The translations under genes were made by a program, and so were the position numbers. A stretch of 63,739 nt of DNA, filler included, from Octopus bimaculoides (taxonomy: Eukaryota): NCBI RefSeq assembly GCF_001194135.2. It is 6 parts of 6 records of this genome, joined end to end, with 100 filler letters (N's around TTAATTAATTAA, not from the genome) between each part and the next. Parts side by side here need not be neighbours in the genome. Positions count along the whole stretch, not along the records: positions 47,075 to 53,129 come from NC_069000.1; positions 53,230 to 59,589 come from NC_068981.1; positions 59,690 to 62,161 come from NW_026340231.1; positions 62,262 to 63,739 come from NW_026389549.1; 2 more parts are not named here. One strand, 5' to 3'. The notes under the pieces are model-generated. The model was given only the letters and a program-made list of their open reading frames with translations. It was not told the origin of the DNA and did no database searches. Positions 52,625 to 63,739 of this stretch are shown here, one piece after another (within the stretch, counting starts at the first letter, position 1; every line of letters begins with the position of its first letter).

Positions 52625-52836
52625 TACATCCATGTTTAGGATCACTTCAAGTTCTCGTAGACAACAATATCTGATACACACACCAACAAGCGAGTACACA
52701 CACACTCTCTCTCTCTCTCTCTCTCTCTTTCACTTTTCCACTCACATTTTTTCTAATACACACCGTCACTCGCTCTCACCCAAACGTACTCAAACACACG
52801 GTCTCCCTCTCTCTCTCACATATTCTTCCCCTAACA

Positions 52837-53109
52837 CAGGGGTTTTCAAACTTTTTGACTTGCGGACCCCGTTATATTTCAGGCTTTACCTTCCCCTTAT
52901 AAATGCTTATGAAATTTATACATAAATATTTGCTTAAAATAACATATATTTTTACATTTATTTATTTAACAGTATTTAACAAATAGGTTTATTGTCAATT
53001 AAAAGATTTCGATTAAAAAACATATATAAAATCAAATTGCCCATAAAAAGTACTTGCTGTCCACGGACCCCCTGTCTTGTCCTTGCGGACCACAGTTTGA
53101 AAACCCCTG
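52837..53109. mobile_element. hAT MITE
   Basis: Perfect 16-bp TIRs CAGGGGTTTTCAAACT / AGTTTGAAAACCCCTG; perfect 8-bp TSD CCCTAACA. Confidence 0.92.
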
Positions 53110-54818
53110 CCCTAACACACACTCTACTTNNNNNNNNNNNNNNNNNNNNNNNNNNNNNNNNNNNNNNNNNNNNTTAATTAATTAANNNNNNNNNNNNNNN
53201 NNNNNNNNNNNNNNNNNNNNNNNNNNNNNTATATATATATATATATATATATGTTGACACCCAAATAAACGTTCAAGGAAATACATTTCGTTGACAAATG
53301 CACACTCTCAAACGGATAGACATACATATGCGTATTTACGATGAAATACTTAAATGAACTCAGGCACATATACACACATAAATAAAGTACAGACACACAA
53401 ATTCCCTACCATGTATACGCGTGAGTTTGTTTGGGTGTGTATATATGTATGATTGTGACGGTGCGTGCGTGTGTGTGTGCCTATAACTAGAAGTTTTTAT
53501 TTTATTCCGTTTCTTAACCTATTTCCTATATAAAATATTTGATTTTTCAGCGTAAATCATTCCTACTCGCGAAAGTTGGGTTAAACATGTATAAATATGT
53601 TTAAAATTTAGGTACCGATTGTGTAAAACTATATCATTCTAAGTTTAATAAATACCGTTCTTTAATGAGGTCCCTTGAAATTCACCGTATATGTGTATTA
53701 TTTGTCTAAGAGCAATTATATTTTGCTCTGAATATAACTCATTGATTCTACTGAATTATATACAATACGCATAAGATTTTACATGAAATTTACCATTTAC
53801 AAATCTTCTGAGTAAGCATTTGTAGAAGCATCCTGAGGCAAATTACATTTTCTAATAAAATAATGTTGATGTCAGAAGATAATTACGAAGAAAATACAAG
53901 AGAAATATCTAACAGGAACGTCTAATGATTTTCCTCTACAGCCTATAATAAAAACATCTTTCATGGCATCCATGTGATATACAGCGTCAAGATAACCTCC
54001 AAATTTGAATGAATATAGACTTAATTAAGAAAATAATTAATAGGAATGCTTTTCCACGTCTTTATTACTTCCCGTGTTATAGTTTGCACAATACAAAGTT
54101 GCATTTTATTATTTCTTCTTTTTTAGAGCATCATAGATAAATGTAGCATTGCTTATGAAGCCCTTTAGGGCTGAATTTAAGTTTTTCTCTTGTTGAGTGT
54201 ATGGGTCATATAGCTTGAATGTTTCTAAAAGTAAGTATTGTCGTCGTGAGAGTATCTTTGTCTAAATTGTTTACAGATCCACTAATAAAGTAAATTCTAT
54301 ATAGAAATGCTCGTAAAATACGAAAAGGGAAATCTATTGAATATTTCTAGCATACAATGATTTTTTTTTCAATGAAGGGCTGGTAGTACTAATGTAAAAT
54401 AGTGAGAACGAAGAAGCTAAACAAATGTGTGATATATGTCTAACATTTTGTGATAAAGATTGCATAGTAAAGATTATCTCGGATTAACCTACATAGCGCA
54501 TATGAAAAGTTAAATCTACCTATATCTTTTAACCTCACNNNNNNNNNNNNNNNNNNNNNNNNNNNNNNNNNNNNNNNNNNNNNNNNNNNNNNNNNNNNNN
54601 NNNNNNNNNNNNNNNNNNNNNNNNNNNNNNNNNNNNNNNNNNNNNNNNNNNNNNNNNNNNNNNNNNNNNNNNNNNNNNNNNNNNNNNNNNNNNNNNNNNN
54701 NNNNNNNNNNNNNNNNNNNNNNNNNNNNNNNNNNNNNNNNNNNNATACACGCATACACACATATATATTACTATTAATATTACTAATGTTGTTATTCTCC
54801 TTCTTCTTCTTCTTCCTC

Positions 54819-54876
<58 letters not shown>

Positions 54877-54904
54877 TATTATTCACGAGCTGCAGTCTTA
54901 AGTA

Positions 54905-55545
54905 AATGATAGGCCGAGCGTGGACGCCTCGCACTTATAATATCGTCAGGCGCTCAATGCCCTCTAAAATCGGTCAACAGGGTTGGTTGATACTCCTCTA
55001 TAGATATTTAAAGAAGATTAGTAGCGGGGAAGTGCGACGACATCCTCGGGGAAACCAAAGACGTCGACGAAGAGGTACTAGCAAGTCTTTTCCGCGGGAC
55101 ATTCTGGTCGGGGATTATTATGGATAATTTCCAGATGTTTGGACCTGGCAGTGTTACGGGTTCGAGCTAAACTCTAATGGCACAGGTGTGCTGTCAGACG
55201 TGCTTGTCCGAGGTGATCGCAGAGCGACAAGTGGAGTTATGTCAAACAGCTGCTGTCACGTGGAGTGCAGATACATCTGTCGTCCAATGACGATTGCCCC
55301 ACCGCCATCCTTTAATCGGGATGGTGAGTTAGATTTCCTTTCTCTGGTTGCTGGTGGCCGAAAGAAATGAGGACAAAAACGTTTCTCTTTGATAAAGCCC
55401 TTATCGACTTTTTCAAGTTTCCCTTGGAAAGGAATATGAGGAACGTGGAGAGGGAGGTGCGGTACTCGAGAGAATTTAATAATAGGTGGGTGAGAGTTGC
55501 AAAAATGGCAAGTGTGGATGATACGACTCTCAGTGTAGACTTGTG
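54905..55545 (+). mobile_element. L1/Tx1-like ORF2 C-terminal remnant
   Basis: ACPR*SQSD..WSYVKQLLSR...PPPSFNRDG...ALIDFFKF...NRWVRVAKMA...L* resembles recalled Tx1-type ORF2 ends. Confidence 0.55.
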
Positions 55546-55821
55546 AATCGGAAGAAAGAAGTTGGAGTTGCCTCACGTCCTTGGAACTCAAGGTGATCTT
55601 GATCGGTGTGGTTCCTTTATTATCGTTAGAAGTCCTTCTGAATCAGGTGGACCACATCACAATCAATTTTTTCTTGTACCATATGCTATGTATGATTCCT
55701 TTATTTTAATGTATAACGTGTATACTCTTTATTTTATCATTTCATTATGTGTAAGTACCCAAACTTTATGTCTTTTGTATTGTCCCCTTCAGCCTTCACA
55801 CTAGTGGCAAATAGAAGAAAC

Positions 55822-55824
<3 letters not shown>

Positions 55825-55893
<69 letters not shown>

Positions 55894-57885
55894 CATTATT
55901 ATAGACGTCGAGGAGTACACAATATCGTGAGGTTGCTGATTGAAAATATTGTCTACCGAGGGTCTCTACTGTTTGTCAAGTCAGAACAATGTCCTCAGAC
56001 AGACAGTACTTTACGCAATATACGTGCAGCTCCAACTAATCCCGACTTCTGCAATACACCCAGATTGTAGGGTATGTCTTAAGTTTTGAGATGCTTACTT
56101 CACATCTGGTGGTATTGAATTCAATGTTCCGATGCCAATAGCGATAACTTTTATGTTTGACTCATGGATCTGATCTCATATTTTAGGTCTCCATATTTAT
56201 CAATCTCTTCTCTTTCTTTCCTGATGATAAGTTGATCTCCTGGCACTGCCGCGTCGATTATTCAGCACTCTTGTTTGTACCTCATTACGGTTATAATATC
56301 CAACCTTCTGTGCTGTAATATCGTGGTTGCTTGGAAGTCAATGTCCCAGAGGACTTTGCATTTCCTTTGTCATCCATTACCATTTCCACTGTGTGTTGGT
56401 ACCAATCACTCGTAACCTCATATTCATACTTACGGCATAGTAGCCAGAGAAGGTTTGGGGCTATCTTATCGAGTCTACTCTTGTAGTCATGAGCTCTAAC
56501 AATGTAATTTACGCTTTCTACCTGCTTCTCTCACATTCTGCAGAGGTCCGTTGCATTTGTGTGGTATATATTACTTTTCACTGAATTAGTATCCAATGCT
56601 TGGTCCTGGCAGCGATGATTAGGCTTTCAGTATTCATTTTTAGGTAATCCTTTTTAAGCAACTTCCATGATGCATCCAGGTATTTTTATTTTTTCGTTTC
56701 ACGTTGGAACTGACCATGTAATTCTATGTGGTGTAGGGATTCTTTTCTGTCGTTGGATGTTCTTGATCGGAATTCATGAGCACTGTCAAGTCCATTTTTG
56801 TTAAATCCTTCTGCATTAGCATCATACTGTAGCAGGTCTTCTTTGTTGTTCACCAAATATTCTGCCATGTTTCTTCATTCAATGTCGATGCAGTCCCGTG
56901 AACTAATCTTTCCATGTCAACTTTTCTCCCTCTTCATGTAGAGCCTATGTACATTCGCCCTAGGATGGAAGGCACCATGCATTGTCATTGTCTTTCGGAT
57001 AGTGCGCTAGAGTTGGTTAATCTCTGCTAGTGTCCATTTCAGGATGGGTGCACTATAGCGGAATACAGCAGCCGCCCATATGTTGATGGTAGTCAGAATG
57101 TTCCTTCAGTTGAGTTTTGATTTCACGAGAAGTTTAAGGCACTTGACATATGCAATGACGAACTTGTCTTCTGATTTCTTTATGCAAGATATTGTCAAGC
57201 TCTAGCATTGCAAGGGCCTTGTAACCGTCATCATCCGGGTTTCCATTCTCTTTCTGTTTAGCAATTCTATGCCCCAACAATGTACTCTTTTCCCTCGCTT
57301 CAAATTAAGCACCACACACTTCCTGATACCGAATTCTATCTCTATATCCTTGCTACACATTTGCACAGTCTCTACTAGCGTCTCGATTTCAGGCACTGTT
57401 TTTGCGAACAATTTTAAATCATCGATAAAAAGAAGGTGGTTGAAACGAAGCCCATTTTTATCTCAGGACATAGTGCATATTCAATTTGCGTATGACTTCT
57501 GAAAGTTGGATCAAGGCAATAACAAATAACATAGATGAACAAAAATCTCCTTGCAAGATACTTCTTTTGATTGTTACCTCGACGAATGCTGGTTGTTATA
57601 GGAAAGGCGTGTTTTCCACCTAGATTAGCTATTCTTAATCAGTGCACACAGGATCTCAGCTATTCCACACATGTCGAGTGTGTCCAAAGTCCACGAATGC
57701 AGGAAACCGTCTTAAGACTTTTTGAAGCCTATCCAGGACAAGTATAATTTTGTTGGTACCGTTTACATTTCTTCATTATAACCTTGTCTATTCCGAGGTG
57801 GTCTTTGGTGCCCTTGGATCATTTTCGACATCCCTTTTGTTCTACTGGAAGTAGGTTGTTTTCTGCAAGGAACATACATATTTTC
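55825..57885 (-). mobile_element. R4/Dong-like non-LTR retrotransposon 3' half with (ATA)n tail
   Basis: EQKGCR..SKGTKDHLGIDK, HLLFIDDLKLFAK, IEFGIRKC, LHGQF, ESLIIAAQDQAL, VLWD..., LIIDAAVPGD, LRKVLSV*; many stops. Confidence 0.8.
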
Positions 57886-57920
57886 CCTGTGAATATACTT
57901 ATTAATATTTTCCATTATAA

Positions 57921-57962
<42 letters not shown>

Positions 57963-59689
57963 NNNNNNNNNNNNNNNNNNNNNNNNNNNNNNNNNNNNNN
58001 NNNNNNNNNNNNNNNNNNNNNNNNNNNNNNNNNNNNNNNNNNNNNNNNNNNNNNNNNNNNNNATTATAGTTAACAAGAAAATTTTATGAATTTCTAGAAA
58101 ATCTACGATTCAAAGTTCGGAAGTATAAATACTGAAAGGCGTTCGAAAATTACTTGTTTTACGAATGCTGCAATAATGGAATATGTATATATATATTAAC
58201 GAGAAAGCATGTGTTTAGCAAAGAATACCCCTAATATTTACTGCCGACTTACCCAACTGATGACAGTTTTCTGGTTCTTGAAGTAATTTATGTAGTGCAA
58301 GGTCGGTTCCTGTATGGATCCTCGTAAATGACCACAATTTCTGCATTCAACTGACTCGGTAGGTAATTCGTTCCAAAATTAACCCTATTATATGTAATAG
58401 GTATGTTAATAACATATTTATTGTGACAGTAACAGGCTGAGACATAGGATTATCTTGAAAATTATATAACTCGAGAATATATTGAATGTGAAAATGAAAA
58501 ATAAAATGGTACGTGTTGCTTTACACACAAGATCGCCAATTGAGACTGATGCTTATATACAAACGGAGATAGTGATTTGCATCCGTAAATATATATGTAT
58601 GTGCATAAATTTTCATCCTTATACAAGATTTCAATTACGAAAATTCATGTCAATCAAAAATTTGTTAATACGTATTATATAAATACATTACTAAATCAAA
58701 TCAGAGAACGACAGAAAAATTTAATAATACGAATTGTAACAGAAATGACGTTACCATTAGAAATACAGTCCGATTAAATAATGAAAGATTGTAGGTCAGA
58801 AACGGAAAAAGGAAAAAAATCCTCGCATGCCTCTTAAATGGGTCGTGTTTAGCATTAGCGCACTGAAATGACTAACAAGTAAAAGAGTAAAACAAAATAA
58901 AAGAATATATAAACAGAAACAACAAAAAAACTATTGAATTAATAAGTTCTCAATGAATCTGAAACTAGGAACCAGAAAAATTTTAAATAAACATACATCA
59001 CTAAAAGAAAATCATCATGAAATTCCTATGTCTATTTATATAGGGTAATCTGTGATCTAATATAATAGTATCACAATTTTAATAATCACTAATAATTAAA
59101 ACACAAATCAAATTTAAGCATGCATATTCAACAAGCATAACATGAGTCATGACTTGTTCCACGATTTAACGATTTTAAAATTTCTATTTAGAATCTAAGA
59201 ATTAATAAATTCACTCATGTATTCCGATGAGTTTTGCAACCTACTGCAGGGCTCGCAACTAATATGCTTTATTATCTTCAGCATTTCATTGGGTTAATGA
59301 TGCCTGGAAGATATTCAAATAAGGAGGAATCAATGTAACGTTCTTAATTTAAATTATACATGCTGTATAAATCTCTACGTAAAATACTGAATATAACATG
59401 CATGCTCGATTATAATGGTGACGGTAAAATAACATGTTTCACAGAAGTTCCGAAATCATATACACCATACACACCTTTATGTATTTATGTATCAATATAT
59501 TTTTTATACATATATGTATGTATGTGCATGAATATACCTGTATATATCCACATACATACACTTCTATATTTAAGAGATGAGGAATTATCNNNNNNNNNNN
59601 NNNNNNNNNNNNNNNNNNNNNNNNNNNNNNNNNTTAATTAATTAANNNNNNNNNNNNNNNNNNNNNNNNNNNNNNNNNNNNNNNNNNNN

Positions 59690-60049
59690 GGTGATGGTGA
59701 CGATGGTGGTGTTAGCGGGTGTTGGTGGTGGTTTTAATGGTGGGGCAGGGCAGTGGTGGTGGTGGTGGTGGTATTGTTAGCAGTTGTGGTGATGTCGGTA
59801 GTTATGATAGGGGTGGTGTTCGTATTGGTGGTGTTGGTGGTGGCATTGGCGGTGAAAACGGTGCCAGTTGATATGGTGGTGGATGTAGTAGTAGTAGAAG
59901 TGGTGGTGATGGCGGCGGCGGTGACGGTGGTGGTACTGGTGGTAGTGATGTGTTGGTTATGGGCATGCTGGTGGGGTTGATGGTGGCGGTGGTGGTGCTG
60001 GTGGTGGTCATGTTCGTGACGCAGTGGTGGTGGTGGTGGTGGTGGTGGT
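59690..60049. repeat. (GGT)n-rich low-complexity tract
   Basis: Direct reading; flanked by gaps. Confidence 0.9.
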
Positions 60050-61010
60050 NNNNNNNNNNNNNNNNNNNNNNNNNNNNNNNNNNNNNNNNNNNNNNNNNNN
60101 NNNNNNNNNNNNNNNNNNNNNNNNNNNNNNNNNNNNNNNNNNNNNNNNNNNNNNNNNNNNNNNNNNNNNNNNNNNNNNNNNNNNNNNNNNNNNNNNNNNN
60201 NNNNNNNNNNNNNNNNNNNNNNNNNNNNNNNNNNNNNNNNNNNNNNNNNNNNNNNNNNNNNNNNNNNNNNNNNNNNNNNNNNNNNNNNNNNNNNNNNNNN
60301 NNNNNNNNNNNNNNNNNNNNNNNNNNNNNNNNNNNNNNNNNNNNNNNNNNNNNNNNNNNNNNNNNNNNNNNNNNNNNNNNNNNNNNNNNNNNNNNNNNNN
60401 NNNNNNNNNNNNNNNNNNNNNNNNNNNNNNNNNNNNNNNNNNNNNNNNNNNNNNNNNNNNNNNNNNNNNNNNNNNNNNNNNNNNNNNNNNNNNNNNNNNN
60501 NNNNNNNNNNNNNNNNNNNNNNNNNNNNNNNNNNNNNNNNNNNNNNNNNNNNNNNNNNNNNNNNNNNNNNNNNNNNNNNNNNNNNNNNNNNNNNNNNNNN
60601 NNNNNNNNNNNNNNNNNNNNNNNNNNNNNNNNNNNNNNNNNNNNNNNNNNNNNNNNNNNNNNNNNNNNNNNNNNNNNNNNNNNNNNNNNNNNNNNNNNNN
60701 NNNNNNNNNNNNNNNNNNNNNNNNNNNNNNNNNNNNNNNNNNNNNNNNNNNNNNNNNNNNNNNNNNNNNNNNNNNNNNNNNNNNNNNNNNNNNNNNNNNN
60801 NNNNNNNNNNNNNNNNNNNNNNNNNNNNNNNNNNNNNNNNNNNNNNNNNNNNNNNNNNNNNNNNNNNNNNNNNNNNNNNNNNNNNNNNNNNNNNNNNNNN
60901 NNNNNNNNNNNNNNNNNNNNNNNNNNNNNNNNNNNNNNNNNNNNNNNNNNNNNNNNNNNNNNNNNNNNNNNNNNNNNNNNNNNNNNNNNNNNNNNNNNNN
61001 NNNNNNNNNN

Positions 61011-61145
<135 letters not shown>

Positions 61146-61149
61146 CTTC

Positions 61150-61915
61150 TCTGTCAGTTTGTTCCCACGTGACTACAGGCCATTTTATTCTCGTCTGTCT
61201 TTTCTGGACGCGACGCGTACTTAACTGGACGTCATTTTTTTCACTTCTACTATTTTCTTCTCTCGTATTTATTCTATATCCTTCTAAAATTTCTCCCAGG
61301 CGTTACCCATTACAATACATCTTGGCCTAACGACCCTTAAAGTTTGTCTTCGTCGATTGTTTACTCTGTACGTCCATTCTGTCGTTGTTTGTTCGTTCGA
61401 AGCTCTAACTCTCCAGAAATTTCATATTTCAAAAATTTCTGGATGCTGCTGTTTTATGGAGGTTTCCTATCTTGTCGTTAAAAGCTCGAAATGGGAAGTA
61501 ATTAACAGTCGACAACTGAGGAGAAGTTAGACTTCTTTTGGTATTTTGTGCCGTACTTGTCCCTCAGTATGTGTTGGCGTATTTTTCACTCGTTAGTGAT
61601 GTCCTGTTCTTATATATTTTCTGGTAATTTGTCCTGTACTTATCGCCCGTATTTTTACCTAATTTTCACTCATTGGTGATACCCTGTACTTGATGTATTT
61701 TATATTCGCCATGATAGATCGCTGACCACTACATTTATATTTTTTTCTCTCCTTGTTTCTCTCCTTGTTTCTTTCTGTGTTTCTTTCAGTTGAAGAGCGT
61801 CGGCTCGAAACGTTAAAGACTTTCTCTACTCCCGAGCGTTATACTAATACATCCATTTGTTGTTTACACCACCTGTCTTCGTCTGTTGCTTTTTTCATAA
61901 ATTCTCCCATATATA
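61150..61915 (+). repeat. Dispersed repeat with a Penelope-like terminus ending in (TA)n; partial copy at 1722-1817
   Basis: aaagactttc...cccgagcgt.atactaat...tttacaccacctgtc.tcgtctgttg...ttctccc is shared between 61815-61910 and 1722-1817. Confidence 0.55.
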
Positions 61916-61991
61916 TATATATATATACATACATGTATAGTGATAATGACAGTGGCGGTGATGTTTACGGGGAGTGTTGTAAGTAGTAGTC

Positions 61992-62022
<31 letters not shown>

Positions 62023-62568
62023 GGATCTATTTCAAAACGGGGGCACCAGTATTTTCTTAATGAAACACTAACGAAGCACTTTGAAACGTGGGACACTGGT
62101 AGAATGTGTCATATAAAACATCTTTTACTCTTAGTCTGCTTAACAAAAAAAAGGAATTCGCNNNNNNNNNNNNNNNNNNNNNNNNNNNNNNNNNNNNNNN
62201 NNNNNTTAATTAATTAANNNNNNNNNNNNNNNNNNNNNNNNNNNNNNNNNNNNNNNNNNNNAACCAGGAACCATGTGGTTGGTAAGCAAGCTACTTACCA
62301 CACAGCCACGAGCAGAAAAAAAAAAATTCCTGCTTCATGAAAACAATTTCAGGGTAAATCTTAACCTTATACAACTTTCTCTGTTTAACCATCTTGAAAG
62401 AACTCACCTGAATCTGCCTGTTTCTTAAATACAATCTTTATATTTTAAAGTGGTTTAAATTAAAACTTGCTGTCAAAATTTCATATTAATTTATATTTCA
62501 AACACCAGTTTAATAAGGACAAAATTATTTTGTTGAATTTTTTATTATTTTTTAAATAAATTGAAACA

Positions 62569-62960
62569 GGCACAGGAGTGGCTGTGTGGTAAGTAGCTTG
62601 CTTACCAACCACATGGTTCCGGGTTCAGTCCCACTGCATGGCACCTTGGGCAAGTGTCTTCTACTATAGCCTCGGGCGGACCAAAGCCTTGTGAGTGGAT
62701 TTGGTAGACGGAAACTGAAAGAAGCCCATCGTATATATGTATATATATGTGTGTGTGTGTGTGTGTCTGTGTTTGTCCCCCTAGCAATGCTTGACAACCG
62801 TTGCTGATGTGTTTATGTCCCCGTCACTTAGCGGTTCAGCAAAAGAGACCGATAGAATAAGTACTAGGCTTCCAAAGAATAAATCCTGGGGTCAATTTGC
62901 TCGGCTAAAAGGCGGTGCTCCAGCATGGCCGCAGTCAAATGACTGAAACAAGTAAAAGAG
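62569..62960 (+). mobile_element. Full-length SINE family A
   Basis: ggcacaggagtggctgtgtggtaag ... aagtaaaagag; both ends intact. Confidence 0.9.
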
Positions 62961-63127
62961 TAAAGTGGTTTAAATTAAAACCTGCCATCAAAATTTCATA
63001 TTAATTTAGATTCCAAACACCAGTTTAATAAGGACAAAATTGTTTTGTTGAACTTTTCATTATTTTCTAAATAAATTGAAACAAAGTCATATTTCAACAG
63101 AAATATGAAAAAAAAAAATGTGAACCC

Positions 63128-63336
63128 TTAACTTTTTATTATCAACTCACCTGAGATCTCTCCTGGTTCTGTGACACAAACAAAATGGTTTAAATTAAAA
63201 TCACCTATGAAAATGCTATGCTAATTTATGATCCAAATACTAACTTAATAATCTTAATAATTTCTTCTTTATATTCAAAAATAATTAAATCAAACACAGT
63301 GTATTTGAACAGGAATATGTTAGTGAAAAAGGTTAA
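63128..63336. mobile_element. TTAA-flanked (piggyBac-like) AT-rich MITE; a related copy spans ~62360-63120
   Basis: TTAACTTTTT ... AAAAAGGTTAA ends; internal similarity to 62446-62568. Confidence 0.5.
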
Positions 63337-63676
63337 TTATTCTAGCTGTTAACCATGTTGTATGGTTTTTATACCTTCAGATATCAGTACAAAAATGTTG
63401 CACTTCAATGGCATATGATTAGTCTTTTGTAACTTATCAGTTCCAAAGTTTTTATTAAATTAATTCTTATTCTTTATTGTGGTTTTATAAGGAAAGAGTT
63501 TCAAATCAATGTGGAAAAAGCAAATGTTGGTCTTCATAACAGTTTTACAATGTAATCTGTATTTCCTCCAATAATTTACATTTAATCACGTATTCAAGGT
63601 TAGAATATATAGTAAAATAGCCATGGTTGGAGAGCTCTAACTCTTAACTCTCTAATTGTTGTGCTTTCTTCATATA

Positions 63677-63739
63677 TGAGGGGATGCTTAAAAGTTCCTG
63701 GCTTTGGGTAAAAGAAAATGCAGGAGGATCAGTTAATTA
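63677..63739 (+). mobile_element. Start of a mariner-type element (truncated by window end)
   Basis: TA|TGAGGGATGCTTAAAAGTTCCTGG resembles mariner TIRs of the TACGAGGG...AAAAGTTCC type. Confidence 0.45.

Noticed and set aside
58235-58385. Minus-strand open frame ending at GTAAGT (FWNELPTESVECRNC...)
   Set aside because: WNELP resembles a decayed CR1/L2 RT tail, and there is no good acceptor in frame.
59753-60011. Val-rich and Pro/Thr-rich ORFs
   Set aside because: Low-complexity (GGT)n tract between gaps; no domain evidence.
61790-61825. Hammerhead-like TTGAAGAG cgtcgg CTCGAAACGTT in the Penelope-like repeat
   Set aside because: The core has U in place of C3 and no helix I forms next to the putative cleavage site, so I cannot support it as a ribozyme. 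The family consensus may be worth scanning.

Overview
AT-rich, repeat-dense eukaryotic genomic DNA with many assembly gaps. The SINE families and microsatellite style point to an octopus/cephalopod genome (inferred from recalled repeat families, not checked). The only gene I can identify with confidence is the 5' half of DPH1 (diphthamide biosynthesis 1) on the minus strand: 5 phase-compatible GT-AG exons from ATG 27170 down to 18521. Its remaining exons were not found, and the gene runs into a scaffold-joining gap carrying a TTAATTAATTAA linker. The rest is mostly transposon material: hAT, Tc1/mariner and piggyBac-like MITEs, a near full-length mariner, a decayed hAT transposase, a Helitron Rep fragment, LTR-like pieces, RTE, Hero-like, L1/Tx1-like and R4/Dong-like LINE fragments, and three abundant SINE/LINE-tail families. 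The most notable signal is an intact-core type I hammerhead ribozyme on the minus strand (30599-30641). It caps a ~100-nt hairpin inside a 350-bp direct-repeat unit (retrozyme-like or Penelope-like). Other notable signals are a GC-rich fold-back element with internal TTAGGG repeats, a SINE flanked by a 123-bp direct duplication, and several long inverted repeats in DPH1 introns that could form dsRNA.
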